DNA of 64,000 bases from Negaprion brevirostris (Eukaryota), in assembly GCA_030324005.1 (NCBI GenBank), contig JARDVH010000042.1, forward strand, positions 66,534,401-66,598,400, read 5' to 3'. The notes under the pieces were generated by a model. The model had not been told where the DNA came from, searched no databases, and saw only the letters and a program-made list of their open reading frames with translations. Within the stretch, counting starts at the first letter, position 1; every line of letters starts with the position of its first letter. This document shows positions 36,640 through 49,070 of this stretch, in pieces. Both the position numbers and the translations under genes were made by a program.

Positions 36640-38150
36640 AGCTGAGAAGATTTGCCCGACTATGACATGTGCTGTTGGATTAGATGGACCAAAGCCAGAC
36701 AGTATCATCGTTGACTTATGAGGTGAATAGGCAAACTGTAACTGATCAATATGTGGAACAAAAAGATCTAAAAGGTACTTTTGATATGGTGGACTTGAAA
36801 TGCTTCAAGACTATCAAGGCAAGAGCAAATTGGTCAATAATCATTCAGCTCTGCTGACCACAACTCCTTAGCCAGTAGGATAATGATGGCTGATTTCCAA
36901 AAGCAAGGAAAGGTATACATGTCCAAAAGATTTCTGAAAGACCAGAGAGAAAGGAGCTGTCAACTGATGAGCACAATCATAAGAACTTTTACACTGATGT
37001 GATCTGGGCCACATGATATCTGTAGATCCACTTGTTTGAATTATTCCTTTTGTTGATAGCAACAGAAGATCCTTCTAGTTCACAAAGTGAAGTCTGATGC
37101 AGAATCACATGTTCCTTAAATTCTTAATTTTCAAACCACCTAAAAAAATCCACCCAATTAATTTGCACCATCACAAGGATAACTGTGAACAAAAAGGGTA
37201 ATTTCTCTTCTTCAAAGTGAAGCCTGACGTTTTGTATGTACACTTCCACATATTTCTGATATTGTTCAAAAACAGTTATATATCATATCTCTAAATACAT
37301 TTTTCACATCCTGAATTTCCTTTTTCAACTTGATTTTTAGCTGAGCAAATTTGTCTTGATTCCCTGCACAAAATGCAACTTGTCTTTTTTTCATTATTGC
37401 TTTAAGTTCTTTGTAATCTGGGGTTTCTCATTTGGGTAAATCATAACTGTTTGTTTGGATTCTAAGTTGTTTACAGAAGATGGTATATTCATTTATGATA
37501 TCAATGCTCTTATTTATGTTGTCTTCATCCATAAAAAAATCTCAATTGGTGTTATCAAAGCTAATTTGCAGATCTTGAATAGCCGCATTGTCCCAAACTT
37601 TAATCCTTTCTTACTGAGATTTATCATTCTCAGCTCTTGTCCATATTTAGTGAGGAGATGCACAAAATCATGATCTGAATCTCTAACCCCTGGATGNNNN
37701 NNNNNNNNNNNNNNNNNNNNNNNNNNNNNNNNNNNNNNNNNNNNNNNNNNNNNNNNNNNNNNNNNNCAACACACTTAACGAAGTTATAGTCTCTCTCAAA
37801 GCCAAGTCACAGTGGCTCACCTCACCAAAGATGATCTTCAGTGAATCTGGAGAAGGAGCAACCATGTCTTTGATTGTTTCATAAACAAGTTCTGCTGCCT
37901 CCTCTGCATTTTGGATAATAAATAATTCAAAGAATGCATAATTGATTGATCAAGGCAGAACTCCCTTCCACCTTCCTTGAGTGTCAGCCACACATTTTTG
38001 ATTTAATTTGTGAAAGCTTTTGAAAAGGGAACCTTTGCTCTCCAAAGAACTCTGGTAGGTTTAGACCTTCTGCTGAGAAGTATAAAGCCACAAAACCTGA
38101 GTTCTAAAAATCACATCTAACTGAAGCCAGCAGCAATTTTAAATAGCCTC
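36640..38150 (-). mobile_element. Rex1/Babar LINE ORF (EN plus RT N-terminal half), decayed
   Basis: NAEEAAELVYETIKDMVAPSPDSLKIIFGE, SDHDFVHLLTKYGQELR, DCAHQLTAPFSLVFQKS, ELNDY.PI and DQLQFAYSPHKST. Confidence 0.85.
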
Positions 38151-38699
38151 CTCTGTGAACCACCCATGTACAACATATATCCTGCTCCCATTTCCTCCTT
38201 CCCCACACCTATCCTAGGTTCAAGAGTGGTGCTTCTGGAATCAAGGCTCTAGTGCCATTTTGGCTTGTGGGGTGGAACCCTCATTTCTCCACAAATTAGC
38301 TACCAGCAATTAATGATTGTCAATACATTTCATGTATCCTCATAATATGGGCTAAAACACATCTTTTTTTCAATAAATTCTGACAATGCCAGAAACACAA
38401 TCAAGCTCGGAGTGATTTATTAAAAACAGCTCCAGAATGTTCTCCAAAGCTTCTCATTTTCAAGTTCCTATATTGTTACACAGCAGGAAATTGAATTTTA
38501 TTTCTCTGAAAGATCAATGTTATCCTAAAACTTCTAACTTCTTTGCTCAGACAATATAAATTTAATGAAACAGGACTGGTTGGAAGTTACACATTTTAAT
38601 TCAAGAGGTCCACACAATGCCATAAGCAAATTAAGGTCACAAAAATGATTCATTAGACATTTATGTGCCACACAAAATGCACTTCTTGGCTCAGTTGAA

Positions 38700-38930
38700 G
38701 AAATAACTTGTATTTACATAGCACTTTGTCATATCTTCAGAGTGACCCAACCATTTCACAACCAATTAATTACTTTCAAAGCATAGTCACTGTTGGTTAA
38801 TGTAATTAACTACAGCAGCCAATCATACACAGCAAAGTCCCACAAAATGTAAATGAAATGAAAGACCAGTTAATAAGTTTTTGTAGTATTAGTTGAGGAT
38901 GGAATATAAATCTGGTAAAATCTTTCGCAC
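38700..38930 (-). mobile_element. DeuSINE 3' part
   Basis: AACTTGTATTTACATAGCACTTT...CACAACCAAT...TAGTCACTGTTG...ACACAGCAAAGTCCCACAAA...GACCAGTTAAT. Confidence 0.6.
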
Positions 38931-39754
38931 TGCCTTAAGGTCGGTTTGCCTTTAACAGTACTTTATATGAAACAGTTCTTCAGACACACTCAGGAACAAA
39001 TGCAGTTTTACAATATGAGTAATTGTATGAAACAGAATATCAGCAGTCAGCTACTTCTGAAACCAGAATCNNNNNNNNNNNNNNNNNNNNNNNNNNNNNN
39101 NNNNNNNNNNNNNNNNNNNNNNNNNNNNNNNNNNNNNNNNNNNGTCAATTACAAATCATTCAATATTTATTACAATGTCCACCTTTTGCAGACGATAATT
39201 TTCTTTTACAAAATTAAATATTTAGGCTATTTTCTAGTATCCCATATTACATGTACAAGCTTTTTGGAATGCTAGCCAGCTTCCGCACCAAATTTAAAAC
39301 CACAAAGTGAAGTACTATTAGCTTGTTTCAGCAGGAACAATCACACGCTAAATAGCAATTCAAGTAGCTCCCCTGGTATCGAAACACATCAGGGTAGAAT
39401 TTCTGCTCCAGACACAACTAGCAATCTGACTGCAAATGGTGGTTGATATAGTGCTAATTTACTGACGGGAAGTTATGACTTAGGCTTCTGATCAAAAGCA
39501 CACATAATCACCAATGTAAAATCTTGCACGAGCCAGTGCAATCGAACAGCATTTTAAAACATAATTGCTTTTATTCACCTTGTATTAAAAAACTTGGTAA
39601 ATGGTGATAACCTGGTGCAGATTGGTTAATTCTGCGAAAAATACATTTATCACCTAAATAAACACTTTTAATAAGTGTTGCATTTTGCATCTGCCAATTA
39701 ACCCAATTTTCAATCTCTAAAATGATCCCAGAAGCTACACTGAACGATTTGCTT

Positions 39755-39915
39755 AAGGTAAAATACTGCTGATGCCAGAATCTTAAATAAAGTCAGAAAA
39801 TGCTGGAAAATCTCAGCAAGTTTGATAGCTTGTGGAGAAAAAGCATGCCCATCGTTTTGGGTCTGGATGACCCTTTGTCAGATCTGAAGAGAACAAAAAT
39901 TGGAAAAGATTTATA
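39755..39915 (-). repeat. Penelope-derived repeat with a CpG-decayed hammerhead core
   Basis: The minus strand at 39881-39852 reads CTGACAA-A-GGGTC-ATCCA-GACCC-AAAACG, which is CTGACGA...GACCCGAAACG with two CG>CA changes. Confidence 0.65.
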
Positions 39916-39918
39916 CAT

Positions 39919-40262
39919 GGGCAGCACGGTGGCACACTGGTTAGCACTGCTGCCTCACAGTACCAGGGATCTAGGTTCAACTCCCAGCTTGGGTCACTGT
40001 CTGTGTGGAGTTTGCACATTCTCCCCATGTCTGAGTGGGTTTCCTCCAGGTGCTCCGGTTTCTTCCCACAGTCCAAAGATGCGCGGGTTAGCTCCAGTTT
40101 CCTCCCAGTCTGAAAGATGTGCTGGTAAGGTGCATTGGCCATGATAAATTCTCCCTCAATGCACGTGAACAGGCACTGGAGGGTGGCAACTAGGGAATTT
40201 GTAGAGTAACTTCATTGCAGTATTAATGTAAGCCTACTTGTGACTAATAAACAAACTTTACT
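39919..40262 (+). mobile_element. HE1-headed SINE, chimeric, with an alternative non-HER1 3' tail
   Basis: HE1 head, internal duplicated CTCC(G/A)GTTTC..CCCA(CA)GTC..AAGATG segment, and tail ...GCAACTAGGGAATTT..GTAACTTCATTGCAGTATTAATGTAAGCCTACTTGTGACTAATAAACAAACTTTA. Confidence 0.85.
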
Positions 40263-40579
40263 ATGAGGTGGAGGGGATGTTGTAATTGCACAAATTAATA
40301 TCCTCCCCATGATTAATTGCCTACAGCTCTTTTCCCATCTACTGATCAAATTCTGATCCATGCCTTTGTCATCTTTAGATCAGAATGAACCAATGTTCTG
40401 CTTTCATTATGCACCTTCATCAATTCCAGCTCATCCTACATTTTACTGTATATATTTCCAATCCGACAATAAGACTTGCTCACCTATCACCCTGTCCTTG
40501 GTGATCAACATTGGCTACCAATGCACTAACTTCTCAAATTTTAAAATTATTTAGTGTTTCAAATCACTTGTCTAACTCT

Positions 40580-40829
40580 GGGAGCGAGCTATCTTGGATC
40601 TGGTGTTGTGTAATGAGGCGGGTAGAATTAGGGACCTTGTGGTGAAGGATCCTCTTNNNNNNNNNNNNNNNNNNNNNNNNNNNNNNNNNNNNNNNNNNNN
40701 NNNNNNNNNNNNNNNNNNNNNNNNNNNNNNNNNNNNNNNNNNNNNNNNNNNNNNNNTGAATGGCGGGGCAGGCTCGAAGGGCTAGATGGCCTACTCCTGC
40801 TCCTATTTCTTATGTTCTTATGTTCTTAT
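40580..40829 (+). mobile_element. Young CR1 LINE collapsed across a 100-N gap
   Basis: EN ILDLVLCNEAGRIRDLVVKDPL, then the gap, then the 3' tail GCAGGCTCGAAGGGCTAGATGGCCTACTCCTGCTCCTATTTCTTATGTTCTTATGTTCTTA. Confidence 0.85.
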
Positions 40830-40939
40830 AACCCTATCTGTGCCTATCTCCCTATAGGCACAGTTAGGGTTTCATCCTATAGTCTCCATCCACAACCCAA
40901 AATATTCTAAGGAGTTGGGAATGGAACCAAATCTTCAAC

Positions 40940-42620
40940 AAACATCTTCACTGCTGACCTTATATTGGATGGAAGATTGTCGATTGAAGAGTTGGAGGGA
41001 GTAGGGTTTGGAACACTGCCATGAGGAATCACTGCAGGAATGCCTGGTGCTGTGTTGATTGACTTCCAACAACTACCACCATCTTTCTCTTCATTGGGAT
41101 GACTTCGGCTGGTGAAGGCTTTTCATTTGATTCCCACCGACTTCAATTTTACTTTAGCTCCCTGATGTCACACTCAGTTAAATGATGCTTCAACTTCGAA
41201 GCTAGTTACTCTCAACTCAACTTTGAAATGCAGCTCTTTTGTACATGTTTGGCCCAAGGTTATAATAAGATCTGAAGCTGAATGGTCCAGTGAAACCCAA
41301 ACAGAGCATCGGTCAGCAAGTCATTGTTCTGCCTTGTGTTCAGGGTCTAGATGAGGTTTCTTTGGTACTTACTTGTTACCCAAATAATGCTACAGTAGAC
41401 TGTTATTTGTGAAAAAAAATTTAGAGATCTGTGTACTTCTCAGTACTCTACACAGGACTGTACTTCTGCTTCCCACCAGATCTCAGTTAAATAATCATAT
41501 GACGTTGCAATATAGTTACATCAGCATTAGCTGTTCCCTTTACTCTACAGCTCCTCCCCACCCCTACTACTTATCCCAACCACTGTATATACATCCTCCT
41601 ACAATTTCCGCAAGGTCTCGGACTTCACAGATCTAGTCTTTGAGGTTCCATTCACCAATCTCCCTGATCTGGTTCTTATCTCATTCAAAAGTTAAGGGAA
41701 ATCTGAAATCTCTTGTTAGTCAATAGCCAAATCTTCTACCCGAGTGATTGTAAACTTTCCACTTGCTTCTGGTTCATTGTCCCCATCTAGACCTAAATGC
41801 TATGTCCAAGGTCCCATTGGTTTCTTTCCCAATGATATCAAGGATCTTCTGTTCCTTCTGATATTTCCCTGGTCCTTCTCAATTCTATAAGATCTCAATT
41901 GTATAGTTTTTTTATTATGTCTTCTTTCTGTTGATCTCGTACCCACATTTTCTCCCACTGCAATCAAATCCTGTGAACATACTGCAGTCAGTGTGCCAAT
42001 ATGAAAGAAATGGATTATATTTGGTGACAGGAAACCAATTTGATGGACTACTTCGCTTTGAATAGTGTCAAGCTAAGTGAATGTTGCTGTGGTTTCATCC
42101 ATCCAGACGTTTGTAAGCATTATGTCACACTCCTGACTTGAACTTTATAGCACTTTCAGGCAACAAAACGCTCAAGAGGACCTAGTCTCTGCCCAACTTT
42201 GGCAAATAGTATTGACATACCTGGTCCAATTAAGCCATTAGTCATGATAGCTCACTTGACATTGTTCATGTGTTAGAGCTGTTTATGAAAGTCAAGAAGA
42301 GGTAACGGGGCCTTTCATTTTGTTTTAAATAGTCATTCTTCCCTACCTGGTATAAATGTTATTCAGAATTTTGTCCAGATCCTGCAGTAAGCTACAGTAG
42401 CTTGCTCCATGATTACAGCAGTCATGTTTAGAGTGAAATATTGTCATGACATCAACTCAAAAATCTGATAAAGGAAAGATCACTGTTTAAGCAGCTGAGA
42501 AGGTATTGTTAAGGACCATGTCTTGAGGAGGTCTATAAATATGTCTCGAAGTTGTGATGATTAGTCCCTTCCAGCTAGGTGCAATTTTCTGTGTCTATTT
42601 TGTGACTCCAGCTGCTAAAG
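40940..42620 (-). mobile_element. Two old CR1-like RT fragments (40940-41330 and 41990-42620) with unassigned sequence between
   Basis: Minus-strand GIPAVIPHGSVP...PTLQS and QDMVLNNTFSAA-like RT motifs, same family as 1-240 and 17290-18250. Confidence 0.55.
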
Positions 42621-42672
42621 AATTATCCTTTTTTGCTGAAAGTACCACCACCAGTTCATCCATTGAGACAAA

Positions 42673-42810
42673 GGGCAGGGTTTTCCAGTCATGTCCACCC
42701 CAAAACAGGAAATTTCCACCCAAGGTCAAATGGACCTTTAAACGGTCCATCAAATTATCTGTCCGGGCCATGACGATTCCAGCGGTGAGTGGGACTGGAA
42801 AATTTACTTG
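42673..42810. mobile_element. Short Harbinger-like MITE
   Basis: Imperfect TIRs GGGCAGGGTTTTCCAGTC and GACTGGAAAATTTAC. Similar size and layout to 22629-22755. Confidence 0.5.
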
Positions 42811-44344
42811 AAAGAGTTTGGCATAGCGCACTTTCAATACCAAAACATTGAAGAAAGGAACTTTGTTACACAAGTGACATAGCTGCAGTTACCAAATGTG
42901 TTCCAACTCTTAAAACTATATTGAAAAAGGACATAAATTACATCTTACATCTTTAAAAAACATAAACAAAATAAAATAATTTCATTAAAACATTGCATGG
43001 ATTCATCAGACAAAGAAAATAACTGAAGTATTGTATGAGGCCACCATCTTTAACAAAGGGATTGTTATGCACGCCTATTCTAGTTTGCAGAGGAAGAGAA
43101 TGGTGGAAATAACATCTCATGGTTTTCATGATAATGTTTTGCGTAAGTTATTTAACAATATCTTGTTAGTACATTGTATCTTTTGTCGTACATTTAATTC
43201 AAATTATTGGTTTTCAATATTCCAAAGTCTGATTCAAACCACCTACATGACAAACATTTATTTTCCTATTTACAGGAATGCTAAAAAGATCAACAGCATG
43301 CCCACCAAGGACATTGACAAATAAGAGATCATAAACTTCGGGATATTGAAACCATTAGTAAGATTAAATTAGCTTGCAGAGACTGTTGCAAAAACTGATG
43401 GTGCTTGTTTTATGATTCAGCAGAAACACTGCATTAATTCAGGAAGCATCTGGAAGCATCAGCACTCACTACTGTACAAAATCATAGACACCTTCCTGTG
43501 CCTAAAGTCAATTCCATAGTTGACTTTGGCCAACATCCAAATTCAATGCATTCAAAGCGAAAAACAAAATTTGCATCATAGTCAAAGTAGATCCTGTACC
43601 TTTTCAGCATATGAATATGGCTTGCCATTTTATGACTTTATTTATCTGTACCAAATGCTGTGGTCAACGTAAAATCTGCATTGCTCTGCAGTTGAACTAT
43701 TGGCGCTGACCAGTTACATTTAATACTGAAACATTATTTTATAACTTATGCATTAAAAATGTGTTACAAATTTTAAAATTACCAATAATAGTGCCACTTT
43801 CCAGTGTATTCCATAAAATATTAACATTTTGTAAAACATTATTCAGATATCAGTACATTTCTTCTGGAATTTCATTTTTTTATAAACCTATAATGTATGT
43901 GTCTGATGCATGCATATGGGTTCAAGGATATCCAAAATGCAGACTCATTAAAATTTTAAAGTATACTTAACTATGATCATTAGAAAGTGCAACAGTTGCA
44001 TTCATTCTTATAACAGGCCCAAGAAATAATCATTATTTGAAAGGTAGGAACAATCAAATAATTCCAATGAATTTGCTTTCTGGGCTTATATGACTTCGGC
44101 AAAATACTGAGCATGAAGTTATACTGAAAGAATAACTTCATAGAATCCCTACAGTGCAGAAAGAAGCCATTTGTGTCTGCACCAACAATCCCTCCCAAGC
44201 CGTATTCCCATAACCTCAAAAGGTACTTACTTTGTGAAAGATTAATAACATTCAGTGTTAACTCTATACAGTGAAATAGCACACCAAGACTTGTCATTTT
44301 ACTTTTATATTCCTGTGAAATGTTAATAGCTAACCAAGGACCTG

Positions 44345-44720
44345 GGAAGAAGAAAGTACATTTATGTAACACCATTTGTATCTTAAGAACTACTTTTGAA
44401 TGTGATCACTACTGCAATATAAAGAAACACTTCAGTCAATATTCACAAAAGGTACCACAAACGTCAATAAGAAATTGTTAAGTTTTGCTGATGTTGGTTG
44501 AGTGATGCAGGTTGGCTAGCATGCGAGGATATTCTCCTGCTTTACTAATAATGCCACCTTCAGTTTAACGGCACAACCGAAAAACAACAAGCTAATAATG
44601 CTGCACTCCTTCGATAATGCAGTGGAGACAGTCTAGATTATACGCTCACCTTTGTAATGAAGCTTGTACTTCTGACTCAGCAGCAAGAATGATGCACTAG
44701 ATCAAGCTGACACCTTCTGA
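44345..44720 (-). mobile_element. Old DeuSINE
   Basis: CATTTATGTAACACC...CTACTTTTGAATGTGATCACT...GATGTTGGTTGAG...GCTGCACTCCTTCG...CTTCTGACTCAG. Confidence 0.5.
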
Positions 44721-46574
44721 TGTTCACAACATTTCCACTGCTGGGTAATGCTTGCTTGTTTAAATTTATTGAAGCATGCCTAACATGAGCTAAAATTGTT
44801 GTTTACCACGCCGATACCTGAAACATACAGGTCTCAGAAATATTATTTTTATACTTACAACTTCATTTACCAATCACTTTACAAAATGTTCTTAAAATGG
44901 AAGTAATTCTATTCTTTCCTCTTCATAATATCCTACACTTAACTATGTTTTGCTCCATCTACCTCACAAGATAGGTTTTCAATATTTGCTTAAAATACAA
45001 TGGAGGCCTTGATTTGTTTATTCTTCCCTCCTCACTCTTTAAATCCAAGCTACTTACATAGCATAATTGTTGAAGTTATTTTATTTATTCCCTCTACTCC
45101 TCACAGTGGCTTTGTAATTCTTGGGTGTATGTTATAGCAGGGAGGCTTTTCCTATCATTACTTCTACAATGAGTGGCACCTTAAACAATGGCCATTCACC
45201 CGGCTCCAAGCCACACTGATTTCAATAGTTACAATGCCGGAGCTCAGTATCAAAGTTTTTTTTATTAGTATTGCTCCGGTGCTGGCATGAACATCATTTC
45301 TTCTCAGCAAACCAAAAACTTCATTCTAAACAACATAATTAGCTAAAATGTTTCAGCTAATAGCTTGAAACACTAAAAAAAAGTTTCCTTATTTATCTTT
45401 TTTTCTAATTACCTCTGTGTTAATATCATTTAGGAGTTTTAGATAGATCATTCTTGTTGAAACATTGTGGTTTATTATAGTTGGAAAGTTACATCAATGT
45501 TATAACATTATGAAAGAATCATCACATTGAACATCTTTCATTCTTGTTTCTGTAATCTTCTTGTGACAAGAGAGAAGTGATCTCTTCCACGCTCTTTCTC
45601 CATCTAAAATGATCATAACTTCAAGTTTTCTATTTTATTGCTGCAAATGAAAAAGCATTTAACTTGTCTATTTTCTAAATCCCAAATAAACACTACAATC
45701 ATTCGAGATTAGCATGGCAGCTGGCAAGGAGGCCGAAGGTGCTGTATNNNNNNNNNNNNNNNNNNNNNNNNNNNNNNNNNNNNNNNNNNNNNNNNNNNNN
45801 NNNNNNNNNNNNNNNNNNNNNNNNNNNNNNNNNNNNNNNNNNNNNNNCTGTATCCAGTTTCCTGTTCAGCTTCCATGCCTTCCAGCACCTCAATGCTGAC
45901 TTGGACACATAGGGATTTCTACTTGGGGAAATTAAAGAAGAAGCAATTTGAGATATAAAAACAGGCCTGAGTGGCAAAAAAAATTTGGACATATTGGGTT
46001 GAATTTTATTACCCTCCCCAATCCCGATAATTTCAAGGCAAGGGGGGCTAGTAAAATGCAGCATGGGGCCTTACTGCAGTCCTGCCCCACCACCCCAAAT
46101 GTCTCCCATTTTACACTGAACAGGAAAGGCATCAGGCAGCTAGTCTACCACTAAGCCTATCAGAGCCCTGCTGTACCCAATGTTTGGCTACTTAAATATC
46201 TCATTCCACACACTCTGCTACTTTACTCATGGCAGAAGAAGGCCCATGCCAAGCAGAAAGCATAGCAGCTCCTATTACTAGGAGTGGGGGGGGAACATCC
46301 TTTAAGGTTCACTGTGCTGACCGGAGGCATATTCCCCCATTCCACCAAGACTATACACTGCACATTCCCACCCACTCCGTAATCCTACTCTTCAGCCTTT
46401 CAAAACTGGCCCACCAACCCCCTTGCTAGGGTCTGCCAACAAGGCCCCACTGATACCTTGGATTTATCTTGAACCTTTCTTGACCTGCAAGTTAAGCTTT
46501 GGGGACTATCTGTAGTCCTAGCAGTGGGGTTGAAATGTAATATTTCCAGGTTTTTAAAACTCTTTCATGTGATG

Positions 46575-47265
46575 TGGTCAATGCTGAAAGGCCAACATTT
46601 GTTGCTTGTCCCTAATTGTCCTTGACCTTGTTAAGCCATTTCAGAAATCAGTTAAGAATCAACCACATTATTGTGGGTCTGGGGCCACATGTAGGGCAGG
46701 CCATGTAAGGATGGCAGATTTCCTTTCCTTAAGGTCATCAGTGAACAGAAATGGGTTTTTGTGACATTTGATTACAGTATCATGGTCACCTTGATTTGCT
46801 GATGACATAAAACCAGGTGGGAATATAAGCTCTGAGGAGGATGCAAAAAGACTTCCCAAGGTTTAGACAGGCTAGGTGAGTAGGCCAGTACATAGCAGTT
46901 GTAATATAATGCAGAAAAATGTAAAGTTATCCATGTTAGTAGGAAAAACAGAAATGCAGAGCATTTCTTAAATGGCGGGAAATGGAGAAATGTTGATGTC
47001 CATAGAGATCTGACTGTCCTTGTTATGAGTCACTGAAAGCTAACATGTGGGTACACAAGCAACTAGGAAGGCAAATGGTATGTTGCCCTTAATTGCAAAA
47101 GAATTTGAGTACAGTAGTATAGAAGTCTGGCTGCAATTGTATAGAGCCTTGATGAAATTGCACCTGCAGTATTAGTCTCCATACCTAGAGAACTATATAT
47201 TTTCCATAGAGGGAGTGAGTTGAAGGTTCAGAAGGATTGTCCAGTGAGGAGAGATTGTGGAGACT
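46575..47265. mobile_element. Minus-strand SINE with a CR1-like tail (46575-46790) abutting a plus-strand CR1 RT fragment (46790-47265)
   Basis: AATCAACCACATTATTGTGGGTCTGGGGCCACATGTAGG...GCAGATTTCCTTTCCTTAAGG, then FADDIKPGGNISSEEDAKRL..LDRL and LQLYRALMKLHLQY. Confidence 0.65.
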
Positions 47266-48385
47266 ATATTTAACAAATCACTGCTCAGTCTCTGGTTTAA
47301 AATTGTCTCTTTGTAAAATGAACACAGTCATAAATCTTTCTTCTTGATTCATAGACTGCTATAATGTTGGCTGATTCTGCTTTTCACTGGATATTCAATG
47401 TTCACCTCTGAGACCATCTGTAGTGGGTTATTGTTCTCTTTGTTCATCATCTTCTTTTCCCAGCTTTAGCAAACCTAGCGTAATTCCATTATATTGAGCT
47501 TCCTTTTATGCTTGTAAGCTCATAGTAGTGAGTTAACTTTTGTAACTCACTTTTTAATATTCTTGTTAAACTATGTACAACTTCCCAATATCTTCCGAAC
47601 ATAAGAAATGAGAGCAGGAATGGGCAATATGGCCCCATTCAATCAAAAGTGTTAGAAATCTTAACGGGTAGGATTTTCTAGCCATTCCCACTAGTGGGAT
47701 CTTCCAATTCTGCTGTCTACGGGTTCCCTGGTGGCAGAGAATGAGAAAACCCTGTTGATAGCAGCAGAAACGGAAAATCCTGCCATCAGCCAATGGCGGA
47801 CCATCGTAAAACAGGCTGCAGGGTGTTGACATAAGGTAAATAATGTGAAATAGTTTTCAATGACTGAAGGGTCTATAACAGAGGGCGCAGATTAAAGGTG
47901 ATTGGTAAAATAATCAGAGATGACATTGAGAAATGTATTTTATACAACAAGCGATTAGGATACAGAATGTAGTGCCAACATGTACTTGGTGTGCTAAATG
48001 ACCTTCTTCTGGGCTGTATTGTCATGTGATTCAAGAGGAGTGGTTCTTAACGTTGTTATGATGGCCACAGGGAATCATCGATCAACTTCTTTGGGGCCAC
48101 AAGGAATACAAGCTTTCTTGCTGAGTGAGCAAAGGCTTATTCAATGAGAAGTAGATAGTAGGGTTTTATTAATCAGCATCAATCCAAAGTGTTGTAGATC
48201 CAAAGTGTAGACTGTCTAGCTGTAAGCTGCAGGCACGGCTCTTTTCTCTGGTACAAAGTAAAGATTGTTTGGACTTGGAAAATTGGCAGTTGACTGAATT
48301 ACTACAAATGGTTTAGCAGGAAAACCAGTACAANNNNNNNNNNNNNNNNNNNNNNNNNNNNNNNNNNGAGGAAAGTTACGTAAAC

Positions 48386-49070
48386 CAGTGGTTTTCAAAA
48401 TGTGGTCCTTGGACTGATCCAAAATGGAAGTCACTGAAGCTGGTATGTGGTGAGAAAGGTTTGATGAACTTTTAGCTCTACCCAAGGTCTAAACATCCTG
48501 GATTCACAAACACATCTCTGACGCACTTGCTGCCATTCACAATAGGACAGAACTGCAACATGGGTGGCATGGTGACACAATGGTTAGCACTGCTGCCTCG
48601 CAGTGCCAGGGACCCAGGTTCGATTCCCAGCTTGGGTCACTGTTGTGTGTTGAGTCTGCATGGTCTCCCTGTGTCTGCGTGGGTTTCCTCTGGTTTCTGC
48701 CCATGGTCTGAAAGACGTGCTGGTTAGGTGCATTAGCTGTGCTAATTTCTCCCTCAGAGTACCCGAACAGGTGCCAGAGTGTGGCGACTACGGGGTTTTT
48801 CATAATAACTTCATTGCAGTGTTAATATAAGCTTACTTGGGACACAAATAAATAAGATTTGATTTTCAACACTTGAGGTAATGAAAACAAAGAGAAGCTG
48901 GCTGAACATGGAGACTGAACTGAGATCTATCTTAGAGACAGACATCACCTCACTGGTCGCTCATCAAAAACAGCATCATTCTTTCCATTATTTCTAATCA
49001 GTTTTTGCAGTTGTAAATGGGGATCTTTTGCCCTAAGTGGTTCATGGATGAAAACATTTTAGAACCACTG
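48386..49070 (+). mobile_element. hAT-Charlie/Buster-type non-autonomous DNA transposon
   Basis: TIRs CAGTGGTTTTCAAAATG and CATTTTAGAACCACTG. Transposase C-terminal relic RSWLNMETELR...DITSLVAHQKQHHSFH at about 48890-48990. Confidence 0.7.
48561..48855 (+). mobile_element. HE1-headed SINE with alternative tail, nested in the hAT element
   Basis: GGGTGGCATGGTGACACAATGGTTAGCACTGCTGCCTC...GTACCCGAACAGGTGCCAGAGTGTGGCGACTACGGGG...TAACTTCATTGCAGTGTTAAT. Confidence 0.9.

Noticed and set aside
37820-37920. Exon-like segment ending GGTGAG|GTGAGC on the minus strand
   Set aside because: The peptide continues as Rex1/Babar endonuclease (decayed GDFNHC motif, then SDH), so it is not a host exon.
41420-41990. 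Possible endogenous retrovirus or other viral remnant with a polypurine tract
   Set aside because: No diagnostic protein motif was recognised, so it is too weak to call.
43276-43357. Plus-strand acceptor/donor pair (TTTACAG...GTAAGA)
   Set aside because: All three frames contain stops and there is no independent support.
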